DNA from: Octopus sinensis
Taxonomy: Eukaryota
Direction of reading: 5' to 3'
NCBI RefSeq assembly: GCF_006345805.1
Contig: NC_043006.1
Coordinates: forward strand, 2,852,001 to 2,916,000
DNA length: 64,000 nucleotides
Numbering within the stretch: position 1 is the stretch's first letter; the number at the start of each line of letters is the position of its first letter. Position numbers and translations under genes: made by a program. Below the pieces are notes generated by a model. That model saw nothing but the letters and a program-made list of their open reading frames with translations. It was not told the DNA's origin and did not search any database. This document shows positions 12,542-24,461 of this stretch, piece after piece.

Positions 12542-13180
12542 CTGTGGGCTGAGGACTGAATCTGGATGAACTCCTCTTTATGCACTAAACTCATTGCTGA
12601 AGTCCTCGTTAACTCTCACCTTGTAAGGACACCAGAATCCATTATGGCAAGTAGAGAAGTAACAAGGGTTGAACAAAGAATAGAACTTTCAAAGACCTCC
12701 TCTCCTAACACTGCTCATCCATTACAACATACACAAATTTCTGATTCTCCTCAAAAGTTATTTGTTTAAAAAAAATACATTTTTCAAAACAAATTATGTA
12801 TTTTGTAGTTCTTTATGAACTACTATCCATCGTACAGGTGTTAAATACCTATGACATTTCCATGGGTATTACTAGTGTAGTTTTAATAATTTAAAAGTAA
12901 GAATTCTAATTATTGAATGTCCCCTGTCCCCTGACATTAATTTGGGGAGTGAAATCCCTTGTTACATCATCGTCTCAATAGTTACCAGCCTCATTGCATA
13001 AAGCTTCACTTTAAGTACCTGCATTCAGCAATCTTGTAGATTTTATAACTGGAATTGTATGTTCTCCTCTGTTTTTTCTCTTTTTATTATTCTGCAATAT
13101 TAAATTACTCTTTTTCTAGCAGTGTTTTGTATTGTTTCTATAATGTACTATAGAATGTATCTATAGGTTTTGTTTTTCAG

Positions 13181-13200
13181 CCAACAATGTTATGATTATT
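13181..13200 (+). CDS. Candidate 20-nt microexon
   Basis: Strong acceptor ggttttgtttttcag and perfect donor |gtaagt. Open frames are NNVMII or QQCYDY. Confidence 0.3.
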
Positions 13201-13334
13201 GTAAGTAATTTGTCAGTATAATATGTTGTATGGACAGAAAGAGGGGGAAATGTTTTAACTCTTTTTGAGTCGATCATTAGCAGGTGTATACCTTCTCTAA
13301 CCATCCATAAACACATTGCTTATAAACCCATTAA

Positions 13335-13515
13335 TATTGGTTTCAAGTTCTGGCAGAAGGCCAACAAATTGGGGACAGCGGGTAAATCGATTACTAGTGC
13401 TCGACTGGTACCCATTTTGTTGACCTCAGTGGAATTTGAACTCAGAACATAAGGACAGACAAAATGCTTCTAAGCATTTTGCCCAGCATGCTAACGGTTC
13501 TTCCAGCTTGTTACC
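13335..13515 (-). mobile_element. SINE family B
   Basis: ggtttcaag..aaggccaacaaatt..gtgctcgactggtacc..gacctcagtggaatttgaactcagaacataaggacagacaaaatgcttctaagcattttgccc. Confidence 0.85.
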
Positions 13516-13779
13516 TTATAAACCCACTAATATTTAAAAGTTAAAGGAAACTGGGTCGACCAATTTGCATATTAATGACTTTCTTGGCAGTGAGTTTCAC
13601 TATTAAGCTTGAATGAGATTGAACATTAAATTCTTTGTGTTTTAACTGTGTTTTCATTTGGTTGCTATTATGTGTTATAGAAAATTTCTACCAGTATTTT
13701 TAGCCAATAAAATGTATTAGGGATAGAAAGATTAAAATCCTTCCCAAGTCATATAGACTCGTAGGGTTGTTTTTTTTGT

Positions 13780-13980
13780 TTCCATGGTGTCTATTTACCT
13801 TCTTGGACAGGACGCTGGTCCATCGTAGTGTTATTCATTTTTGCCAGCTGAATGGACTGGAGCAATTGTGAAATGAAGTGTCTTGCTCAAGAACACAATG
13901 CATCGCCTGGTTCAGGAATCAAAACTACAATCTTACGATCATGAGTCCAACACCCTAACCATTAAGCCACCCACCTCCAC
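13780..13980 (-). mobile_element. SINE family C
   Basis: Reverse complement of the family: ggactggagcaa..gtgaaatgaagtgtcttgctcaagaacacaa..cttacgatcatgagtccaacaccctaaccattaagccac. Confidence 0.85.
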
Positions 13981-14225
13981 ATAATATGTGTTACAATAAT
14001 TGTAAACATTTCATCTGCACGCATTGTTCAGCAAATCCTTGTTGGCTCCAAGAACCTAGAGATGTGTTCTGTAGTGCAGCAGTGAAGTAAAGAACTACGA
14101 AAGGGTCCCTTGTTTATTTCTTATTTCATCTCTGTTATTCAGTTGTTTTAGTTTGCTTTTCTGATATTTGTTACTTTGTTTTATTTGCTCATTTATTTTA
14201 ATTGTGAGACTCATTAAATTCTAAA

Positions 14226-14270
<45 letters not shown>

Positions 14271-14586
14271 CCACTACTCCAGCTGCCTCTCATTGCTGTT
14301 CTTTTATCCATTGATTCAACTACCCTCCTCCTCCACCTCCTCTTCCTCCCACTTTCACTTTTACAAGAGTCTTTTTCTTTTCCTTATTATTTCTTGGTTT
14401 GTATCAAGGAGCCAAGTGTGAGGAGTAAAAATTCTGTATTATTATCCTATGATGATTATTGAATATATTTGGAAGCAGCGCTGATGTTGCCTGACTCTTG
14501 AAGTTGCTTCGACTGTTGGTGTCTGTCTGGTCGTTCTAAAAATACTCTCCTATGAAATCTTTGATATTGTTCTCTTGTCATTTCAG

Positions 14587-14643
14587 TAATCTTTCTCAGT
14601 ATTATTATGCAAATGAGCGATTGGAACGTATAAGGTTTGGTGT
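14587..14643 (+). CDS. Candidate internal exon (57 nt, phase 2-2; NLSQYYYANERLERIRFG)
   Basis: Acceptor ttgttctcttgtcatttcag, donor |gtaagt, length a multiple of 3, only one frame open, CpGs retained in CpG-poor surroundings. Protein not recognised. An alternative AG lies at 14599. Confidence 0.45.
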
Positions 14644-14809
14644 GTAAGTCAGAAAACAACAGCAACAAAAACAAATAAGACTTTCTACAAAAATCTGTTG
14701 AGGTGTGAAACTGGTTAAGTTGGCTTCACTTAAACGACTAACGGGGGAAAGTTTATTTACTTAGTGCACACACCCGAGGTTGATAAGTAAAGCATCTTTG
14801 TGTGTTAGT

Positions 14810-15120
14810 TGCCTGGCAGTGGAAGTTGGTATTGTGGTGGTGATAGGGCTGGCAATGGTGCTGTATTTGAGATGGTGATAGTGGTGGTGGTGGGGGGGTG
14901 CATTGGTAATGATGCATTTACGGCCAGGTTAGTGGGTAATTTTACTTGGTAGTTGGGCGTGTCAGCAGTTGTGTTGGTGGTGGTGGTGGTGGTGGTGGTG
15001 GTGTGATGGTGATGGTGGTGGTGATGGTGGTGGTGGTGGTGGTGGTGGTGGTGGTGGTGGTGATGGTGATGGTGGTGGTGATGGTGGTGGTGGTGGTGGT
15101 GGTGGTGATGGTGGTGATGA
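14810..15120. repeat. Compound (GGT)n/(GAT) trinucleotide array with degenerate GGT-rich upstream flank
   Basis: About 145 bp of near-pure ggt/gat units at 14976-15120. Source of the poly-His/Thr/Val ORFs. Confidence 0.95.
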
Positions 15121-15188
15121 TCTTTTTCAAAAACTTCCAACTTAATCTTTTGATAAAAACCAGACTTGGTATTTTATAAATATGCACA

Positions 15189-15225
<37 letters not shown>

Positions 15226-15460
15226 ACACACACACACAACAAAGTTCGACTAACTTCCTTCAGTCAACCTTAAACTTTTGTTAGTCACTAAAAAGTAAAC
15301 AAAATCTCTTCTGTCTTTATTTCATGTTTTGTTTCATCTTTCTCTCGTTCCTATTCTCCGTCCTCCGTCCTCCGCATCTTAGGCTCCAACCCTGTTCTGC
15401 TTTGTAATATGTGTGAAAAGCTTTTAGCTGTTTTGTTAACTGCTTTTGCTCCATTGCCAG

Positions 15461-15508
15461 AGAACAGACTGTGCACTTACCCACCCCCTATTTGTGTTGT
15501 TCTTGTTG
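15461..15508 (+). CDS. Candidate internal exon (48 nt, frame-preserving)
   Basis: Branch-like ttaac, tract tgcttttgctccattgccag, donor TTG|gtgagt. All frames open. In phase 2 (continuing 14587-14643) it reads EQTVHLPTPYLCCSC. Confidence 0.35.
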
Positions 15509-16245
15509 GTGAGTGACTGTGTAAATATCCAAATGAATTCTGAATATTTTGAGATTCTTTGGTTTCGAAGAACTTTTATGCTAAAATTTTAGCGAAGTTA
15601 AGAAGAAGTATCTAGAAAGCCTAGAGTAGAACCATAAGTATTTTCTATGCCCACTCCTAGTCTACCCTTATTCTGGATGCTTCAGTGAACCAGCTTCCTG
15701 GAATTAATCAGCCTTGCTCAGATAAACCTGTGAAATGCTATCAAATGAAGGCAATCTGATAGAAGTGGGGTTGCCTATTAGTAAGTATCTAGCTTAATGT
15801 GTACGTGCTTGGATGTGTCAGTGTGTACATAAGGGTGTGCTTTGTTAAACAAACTTGAAAATATGGCTCTTGAAACGCACGCAGCAGATATGAACGTCCA
15901 CACACACATACAGATTCGTGCTGTTCTAACCACTTGAGCAAATTTGAGCTTTTCTTGCTTGTTTAAATATTTTTCTCTCTTTTGCATCTGATATCAGTTC
16001 AAAGCAGAGAAATAAAGTTGATTAACTCCAATGCGATGATGATAGTGATGCTGGGTGTTGTAACAGAAGGTAGAATGGTAAGGAATAGCAATTATCTGAG
16101 TGTGTGTGTGTGTATGTGTGTGTGTGTTAACATTTTTAACTGTCATTGTTGAATAATGAGGATTGGTTTTTTTAGAAGTTGTCTTGAGTTCTTTAGTTCA
16201 CATCCATATATATATATATAGATATATATATAGATATATATATAG

Positions 16246-16278
<33 letters not shown>

Positions 16279-16690
16279 TACCCTGATATATTTTCACTAT
16301 TGTTTTTCTTATCACTTGACCTTGCTGTTATTTCCTACGTGTTCTGGTCATGAGTTTTTGTTTGTTTTACTGTGAAGTGGTGAATATGAATGTCATTAGA
16401 CTGAACAACATTTCATTTCTGCTTCATACTCTGTCTGTCTGTCTGTCACTCTCTCTCTCTCTCTCACCCACTTTCTGTTCTTCTCTCTCTCTCTCTCTCT
16501 TTCACTCTCTTTCTGTTCCTCTCTCTCTCTTTCTCACCCTTCTTCCTCTGATTTATGTCTGTAATGGCAGTAGTTGCTATAGCTGTCCTTAGCTTGTGCA
16601 AACAAAAGAGTACTCAATATGGAAGCTGTAGAGCATATTTATCTATGAAATTGATAAATTCAGCAATTCACATTTACAGCTAGAAGTAAT

Positions 16691-16749
16691 CTTAAAGTAA
16701 AGATACATGGATTGTGTGTATGTGAGGTGTTGAATTTCTCAACTTGAAA

Positions 16750-16785
<36 letters not shown>

Positions 16786-16870
16786 ATGTGTATGTGTGTG
16801 TGTGTGCATGTGTGTGCGTGTGTGTGCGCGTGTGTGTGTGTGTGAGCATGTGTATGTGCGTGTGTGCAGT
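16691..16870. repeat. (GT)n/(GTGC) microsatellite region
   Basis: Direct reading; the pure tract is ~16751-16866. Confidence 0.85.
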
Positions 16871-18031
16871 GACTAAACAAACAACCAGAGAGTTTATTTA
16901 CCAATTTTTATGTTGAACTACTTGGTTTTTTAATATTTTTTTTTATCTCATAGATATTGGAAGAAGAGGGAAAATGAAATAAGTTCCAGGCCATTCTTGT
17001 AACTATTTTTTTAGGATTAAATGTACTTAACTGTTTATGTCCTGTTGGCTGAATACTACAGAACACTTCTAGTTTAGCCCGGATCTCAATTATTTTTATA
17101 TCCTCCATAAAAAGGGGCTATAAATGAGTAGTGGGATTCCTTTGGGGGCAGGAGAGACATGTATTTGAAAAGCCATTACAGAATATCATAAATATTGTTA
17201 CAAATGTTTGCCATCGTATTCTGTGTAGGATTGACAATGGTGAACTCATAAAACAGATGCGTTCTTCATTACAATTTAGATTCTTGGGAATGTTAGCTAA
17301 CTTTTCCTATACATTTAGCTTTTTAGGAACTAAAGGTAGTTATTATTCTATACACTTTCCCAAAAGACAAAAACCTCTAATAGGTAAATTTAGAGTTCAT
17401 ATAATCAATTCTGCAAATTTGAAACATTGGTTCAGAAAATGGTTAACATTGTAATTCTTCACATTCCAGTAATTTTTATTCTAAAACTAACATCTTTCAG
17501 CAAAAATATAGAATTATTTAAAAAACAAACAAACCCAAAACAGAAAAAAATTATTGAAACAAAAGCTCATCAGTTGGTGCATGCGTTATTACGTTTTTAA
17601 AAGTTTTTTTTTTGTTTAATTGGCTTAATTTGTTTCCTTGGTTATATTTTTATTATCTCATTTTTACTGTTATTTTACTCACTAGGACCACCATTTTGAT
17701 TATGATATTCTTTGGAATATTTCATTTAATCACCTCTGTATAAGAGGAGCATGATTTTAACATTCATTTGTCAATTTGGACCTTCAAATTGAGAGCATTC
17801 ACACACTTTCTGATCACATTTTTAAGACCATTATTTAATTGTAGGTCACAATTGCTGACTATGCACGCTGTGTTGACTTGCAATACAGTGTGTTTCAAGG
17901 ATTGCGGGTGCTGTATTTTAGGAATCAGTTCTAAGTGGTCTTCGTTTTAAACAGTAACAATAGAATTTAAATGATTTGTATAAAATATTATTATCTATTT
18001 AAATATTTCAGACATCTATAAAAGATAATAA

Positions 18032-18245
18032 TTTTAAATTTAGGTACAAGGCCAGCAATTTTTGGAGGTAAGGGGTTAGTTGATACCATGAGCTCTAGTA
18101 CTTGACAAGTACTTTATTTTATCAACCTCAGGAGGAGGAAAGGTAGAGTGGATCTTGGCCGGATTTAACTCAGAATGAAAGCGCCAGAACAAATACGACA
18201 AAGCTTTTGTCCGACTCTCTAACAATGCTGCTAACTTGCCATTTT
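18032..18245 (-). mobile_element. SINE family B
   Basis: ttttaaatttaggtacaaggccagcaattttt..tactttattttatcaacc..ggatttaactcagaatg..caatgctgctaacttgcc. Confidence 0.8.
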
Positions 18246-19453
18246 AGATAGAAATCCATGGAAAACGATAAATATGTCTGTAAGTTACACTCAGTTGCCA
18301 AGGTTACACAACAGCTGTTGAGGTATTCATGCAGAGCTTTGTAAAGTCTGAGATCGGTGTTGGGAAGTGCATTTTATGAACCCATTTGTGACCATGTTGC
18401 ACACTCACACTTCGCAACAGCTGCAAGCCTTTAAAAAAAAGCACAAAACACAAAAAAACTGGGATCCGTGCCACAAGGCTGTTGATACTCATCAAAACAA
18501 CTCACACTCTGCACCTCTTCAGCATTGCTACCGTTTCTCCAGCCAATTGGTTGAAACTAGGCAAAATATTGAATGCATACTTCCAGTGGGTCTTCCATAA
18601 AGGTACCCTTATCTTGTTTCCTGACTTTGTAGATCCGGGGTGAGAATCTGTGTCTCGTAGGATTCTGCTTTGTATGGTTGACCTTACTTTGCCCCCCTCT
18701 GTTCATTATTATCTCCCCTTCCATCACCTTTCTCATTATTGTTCAACTCCTTTCTCTATCAAACTCTTCTTTATCTCTAAGGTTTCCATTCCCCAGCTGT
18801 TTCTTCACATTGTCACTCACAATCAGAATATTCATTATCCTAACATTCTATTGTACTGAACAATGTTCAGATGCCATATTTAACTACACAAATTGTATCA
18901 TTGTCAATCTATGGACTTTGAAATCAATATAAATTTATTTATTTTCACAATCTAAACTAAGCCGACATATGTGGACTGTAAAAAGAAATGACCATGTTTA
19001 TACAGTTTTAATGCCTACCTTAAATTCTTAAGTTGAAGTTAGTATGTGACACCCACAGAGATTCAGTGATAATTTGAAATAATCTTTCAAATCTTATTGC
19101 TTTGTTTTTGAGATGATAATTGAAAAGAGAAGAAAAAATGAGCAAGCGGTTGTACTTTGTTTACATTGAAATGTGCCTCCCTACCCGTAATTATATCTCT
19201 GTATATTTATGTATGTTAATCCATGTGTGGGTGTGTGTGTGTGTATGCTGTAGTATACTAGGGGATATAACTATAGATTTAGATCAGCACTGTATACAAT
19301 TGACAGTTATAAATAATTTGCCTTTATACACAATATCCTCTTTGACAGGAAAAAAGGGACCACCTTTTGGACTAGTTTTAATCTTGTGTAATACCCCTTT
19401 TGATTATCCAGAGACACTACTTCTAAACCCATTATTACTAAGGGCTTACTTAG

Positions 19454-19882
19454 CCCTTTTAATACCAAATCACCCGAAGCCACCCTTGGTTTTACAGTAC
19501 AAACTTCTTGTTTTAACCCTTTAGCATTTAAACTGGCCATATCGGACCCAAATATTCTGTTCTATGTTCAAACCAGCCAGATCTAGCCTCTTCACAGCTA
19601 CCTTGCAATGTCATTCTAACCAGAAACAATCACATCATTGAAATTTTGATGCTACAAGATAATGCATGATTAATTCAAAGCAGCGTGAATAAATAAGCAA
19701 GATGCACAACAGAAAAATCTGATTGCTAAAGGGTTGAAGTGGTCTGAATTAAAAGTTCCTATCAATATTTCCGGTTAATTTATGTTCTAGACACAAGCTT
19801 AATAATGATGAAGTTATATTAATATATTCTTCATGATTTGAAAATAAAAGTGTATTTCAGCAGAGATGTGGTAGCGAAAGGG
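19454..19882. mobile_element. Outer piggyBac-like MITE (TTAG target duplication) carrying a nested MITE
   Basis: ttag|cccttttaatacc ... ggtagcgaaaggg|ttag. Imperfect TIRs beginning CCCTTT, identical 4-bp flanks. Confidence 0.7.
19517..19733. mobile_element. Inner piggyBac-like MITE
   Basis: ttaa|ccctttagca ... tgctaaaggg|ttga. Perfect 10-bp TIR with a TTAA-type target site. Confidence 0.85.
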
Positions 19883-20112
19883 TTAGCTTGGCAAATAGGT
19901 AGGGTACGTAACACATTCTTGTCCTCTAGTTCAAGTGATAAATGACTGCATTAACAGTTACATAACATTTACACATCTGTCTACCAGCCACAAAGAGAAT
20001 TCAGTACAGGTCGGTTAATTGTTGAGTAAGAGTTTTATCGAGATAATCAGACATTTCAATGTCTCACGGTGAACGTTGGCTTCATTTTGTATGAGAATCT
20101 TCAAACTGTATC

Positions 20113-20290
20113 TCATCATCATCATCATCATTATGTCTGTATTCCATGTGTTAACATGGGTTAGATGAGTCATCACAATCAGAGCCACTGCTTTTGTAGG
20201 TTGGTGCTCATACATGTCATTTGGTTTGATTTCTATGGCAGGATGCACTTCTTATCATGAATCCCTGGGTGCTTCATTTGTGGCACCAGC
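20113..20290 (-). mobile_element. RTE-type 3' tail fragment
   Basis: (cat)n tatgtctgtattccatgtgttaacatgggttagatg...tttctatggcaggatgcacttc. Confidence 0.7.
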
Positions 20291-20542
20291 ACTAGAAGGG
20301 TTGACAGGTCATTGATGAGATAAGACAAACAGGACTAAAGTGACTGCAGAGCTTTATGTTTTCTTGGTCCATTTGCCAACCACTTTGCAGTGTTTATTTG
20401 GGTGCATTTTTGGTGGTATCAGCCCAGGAGTAGAGTGCCTTTACACAGTAAATGGAGAAAGTGCTCAGTAACTTAAGACATGAAGTGACCAAGAAGGGGA
20501 ATAGGCAAAAGAAAGGTGGAAAGCAGTGACAGTAGATATGCA

Positions 20543-20577
<35 letters not shown>

Positions 20578-20678
20578 GGGGTTGAGTGAGTGTTTAGTTA
20601 AGGAGCCATTGACAGAAAATTTCAACTCTTAACAATTATGTGTTAACAGTTCAGAGAAAAGTACAAATTCTTTTCTAG

Positions 20679-20749
20679 AATGGTAGGAAGCGAGAAGTCT
20701 GTGAGATTGATAACTGCAATAGTGATGGTGAATATAAGTTCTTTTACAA
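20679..20749 (+). CDS. Candidate exon (71 nt; NGRKREVCEIDNCNSDGEYKFFY in phase 0)
   Basis: Acceptor aaattcttttctag, donor CAA|gtgagc, open frame. No homology recognised. Confidence 0.25.
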
Positions 20750-21024
20750 GTGAGCAGATATTGTGAACTATCTAACAAGGTATGTGTGTCTATGTGTGCA
20801 TATGTGCACTGTTTTTGAGTTTCATTTGCAGTGTTGTAACCGGTTGCCAAGTTAGTTGTCTGCCATTCAGATTTGGTGGTTTGCATCCCGTTGTAAAGAT
20901 TCTCTTGTCTTGGGTATAAAGACTCGTCTCTTGCTGGCTCACTTCCCCTAGTTGTAAACCAGTAGCATTGACTTGCACAGTTGACTGGTTTAAGCGTTCA
21001 GCAGAACTGTATAAATGATTTCAA

Positions 21025-21217
21025 GTTGTGGTGCAAGGCCAGCAATCTCAGAGATTTCGATGCTAGTGTTTAAGTGGTACTTATTTTATCAACCCAGAAA
21101 GGATAAAAAGCTTAGTGGACAATGGTGGAATTTGAACTCAGAACATTAAAGACAGACGAAATGCTGCTTAGCATTTTCCCCAGTGTGCTAACAATTCTGC
21201 CAGCTCCCCATCGCCTT
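21025..21217 (-). mobile_element. SINE family B
   Basis: gcaaggccagcaat..gtggtacttattttatcaacccagaaaggataaaaag..ggaatttgaactcagaacattaaagacagacgaaatgctgcttagcattttccc..ttctgccagctc. Confidence 0.85.
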
Positions 21218-21396
21218 TGAAGGACTGTTTTTCCTAATTCAGAATACTGGGTTTAAATTGTCTCCTGGGCAGTACTGTCTTAATGTATAGTTACATTAGG
21301 TGTTTGCTAGGGTTCCTCATGGGTCTAGGTGCCCAATTATGATCTATGTACTCTGTGGTTTGTTGTTAATAAATACTATAAGGCCTTGTGGGAAGA

Positions 21397-21725
21397 TACA
21401 TGGCTCAGTGGTTTGAGCATCTGGATCACAATCATGAGGTAGCGAGTTTCATTCCCAGGCTGGGCTATGTGTTGTGTTCTTGAGCAAGACACTTCATTTC
21501 ACGTTGCTCCAGTCTACTCAGCTGTAGAAATGAGTTGCGATGTCACTGGTGCCAAGCTGTATTGGCCTTTGCCTTTCCTTTGGATAGCATCAGTAGCCTG
21601 GAGAGGGAAGGCTGGTAGGCATGGGTTAGGGTTAGGGGTTTTTCATAAATAACCCTGCCCAGACTTGCGCCTTGGAGGGTAACTTTCTAGGTGCAATCCC
21701 ATGGTTATTCATGACTAAAGGGGCT
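21397..21725 (+). mobile_element. SINE family C, full length
   Basis: catggctcagtggtttgagc..gtgttgtgttcttgagcaagacacttcatttcacgttgctccag..gtgcaatcccatggttattcatgactaaagggg. Homologous to the copy at 63444. Confidence 0.9.
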
Positions 21726-22041
21726 CCTTTCTTTCTGTAGGGCCTAGAGCATTGATTTGCCCAGGAATCTATAATGCTGCTAAGGCAGCCCTGCCCATGG
21801 GCCATTGAAACTTACTTAAATAATATTTGTAGTATTGCTGTGGATTCGTGCAAAAGAATTGCAGTGGGTGAGCTATTTCTCTGACACTGCTTCAGTTTCC
21901 AGTCATAGTCACCGCACGTGTGAATTTTAGACTTTATGCCTGTCTACCCAGAGAATGCAATGGAAAATCACTCCAGTGCACCACCACCCACTGCGACTGC
22001 TGTTACAAACTATCTTTGAAACTAGATATTGCTCTGTGTTT

Positions 22042-22075
<34 letters not shown>

Positions 22076-23254
22076 AGAGGGGGAGGGAGGGAGGGGTGGG
22101 TGGTAATGGATGTTGCAGTATATCAGTCATGGCTGTGCTTAGCGTGTTAGTAATTGCTGCATGAAATCAAATAGAAAATTCCAGATGTGTCCACAAAGTG
22201 ACAACTGATTGCTCATTCTTGTTGTAAGAGTTGCTGTTGGTGCTTCTGATGCCATCTCTTACACTTTTGATAAGGTCACCGCCTATCAAAACAACTTAGC
22301 AGTTCTGCTTTTTCTACTGAATTCCACACCTTTTTGTTTGTTAACCTTTTTAAAAATGTTTTCATTTTTTTTAAAAAACTATCTTTTGTTGTTTGTTGCT
22401 TCTCTTGTAGCAGCAGCAGCAGCAATAGTAGTAGTAGTAGTAGTTGTAGTAGGTTTTGCTTGTAAATTTCTTGTTGGTAGGAACAAGTAAGCTAATCGCC
22501 ATGTTAAGTTTTGAGGACATGCATTTTATTTGTGTGTGTGTATATCTATATATATCTATATACATACACACAGATGTATGTATGAGTGTGTGTTGAGTGA
22601 ATGTATATTTTTGTTTCCCATTTTATTATTTTTGTTTTTGTTTTTCTTTTATGTCTGGTTCACCATTCCAGCAAAGTTGGGATAATTCACATGCATTTCT
22701 GGAGCAGGTGTTCCATTTTATCCTTCAAGTATTGTTATTTGCCTTACTGTTGAGTTAGCAAGGCACCAGTCTTCGGAGAGGTTGGCTACACCAATTAAAA
22801 TACCTTTCTCATTAAGATTATAGTCTTCATATCTGTCGTCTGGAACCCTAACTACCCAGCACTACCCCTTTCTTTTCAGATATATTGGTTCTGTTAATGA
22901 ATAAATCATTTACATATTTTTATGTTTCTTTAAACCTTAAATAATCTAAAGATTTAGGAGAATATTTTGTGTTCTTTCTTGATTTGGATACTTAATAGTT
23001 TGTGATTTCATTTGATGAATTCATCTTCTTTTTTTGTGATCGTCTCAGTGTTTCTTTTCATAATTTATTTCATTTTTATCTTTTAGTCAGTAGGCAAGGC
23101 TGTGGCCGTGATTTTTTCATAAAGCTTTTGGGACCAGCAGAAGGAGGGATGTATCTGCAAATTGAGAACCTAGCTTGGATGCTGTTAACAGTGGATTCCA
23201 TTAGAAGCACCTAAGGTGCCAGGTGGTGGTGTTAAAGATTAGTTTACCACCCAA

Positions 23255-23500
23255 GTAGACCATGGTAGGAATTGAACTCAGAATGCAAAGAGCCAGAGCA
23301 AATACTGCAAAGTGTCTAGTGCAAAATCCTTACAGTTACGTCCAGTTCAATACCATGAATTGGTGCTTTTTTGTTTTTTATTGACTCTGAAAGAATCTAA
23401 TGTAAAGTTGACCTGGATGAGATTTGAACTCAGAGTACCAAGAGTAAGGACAGCTACCATGAAACTGTTTAACTAATGCTCTAGCATGCCTATTTGCTTC
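23255..23500 (-). mobile_element. Two adjacent SINE family B head fragments
   Basis: ggaattgaactcagaatgcaaagagccagagcaaatactgcaaag and aaagttgacctggatgagatttgaactcagag...aactaatgctctagcatgcc. Confidence 0.65.
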
Positions 23501-24082
23501 CTGGAATAATTCTGTAGAATCCTCTGCTGAATCATATCTATCTTCGGATGATTTCAGCAAGTGTCATCGTAATTTTTAAAGTTGAACTCGGTCGTTGGCA
23601 ACTGATTTTCAATGGGTTTCCTTTCACTTCATTCTTTGTTTTCCCACTGGCTTAGTTTTACCATTACTTTCAGCTGTTAGAAGTTGTACTGTGGGTTCAA
23701 CAGGAGAAAGATTAATCTTCGTTCTCTTGACTAGCTAAATGGTCCAGCCCCTCCACTGTTCTACCATGTTGTGTGTCATCTAATGTTTTTTTCTTTTTTT
23801 GCTGTATTTCGTCTGTTTCCGTTTAAGTATCTCCTTGCCATTACATCAAATGTCCAGGTAACATCTGCCTCTCAGCTCAATTGTCCAACCAAGAAAACTG
23901 TATTCTTTGGCAGCTCCATCCAGTCTTGTCTTTAAACCATAAATTTGTCCCTGGGTCTCCGTTGTAGTCTAATTTTTCTTTTGTTTTCTTTAAGTTATAC
24001 AAAGAACTCAAACTTGGATAAATAATTACTTTGCTAATTGTTTTTTGTTTTAGTGTCAAATAGTTGGACCGATTCTCCTCCT

Positions 24083-24117
<35 letters not shown>

Positions 24118-24443
24118 CCTTTCTCCTATGTGGCTTTCTCTAATGGCAGTGATTTATGTTAATTTTTCTGTATGTTTGTGTTACATATGCTGTTAGTAAT
24201 TGGGAGCAAGAGAGAAGGGTGGGGGGAGGATTTTGTATTTAAACAAAAACAAGTTGTTGAAACATTGAAATTTTTTCGAATTTCTCGTTAGTGACTATGG
24301 TAATGTGTGTTTTATATTTGTGACTAAAATTCAGTTTTTCAGTAAATCATGTGACAGTAGCGATAGTTGGTGTTATTCCTGTCACTTAGGAAAACCCGAG
24401 AGCAAATGTATGAGTTTGTATGTAATTTTTACCACCTGTTTAG

Positions 24444-24461
24444 TTTGACAGTCTTTTCAAA
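24444..24461 (+). CDS. Candidate 18-nt microexon (FDSLFK in phase 0)
   Basis: Acceptor tttttaccacctgtttag, donor AAA|gtaagt, frame-preserving. Confidence 0.3.

Noticed and set aside
14805-15187. Poly-His/Thr/Val ORFs
   Set aside because: Translations of a GGT/GAT microsatellite in several frames; no coding context.
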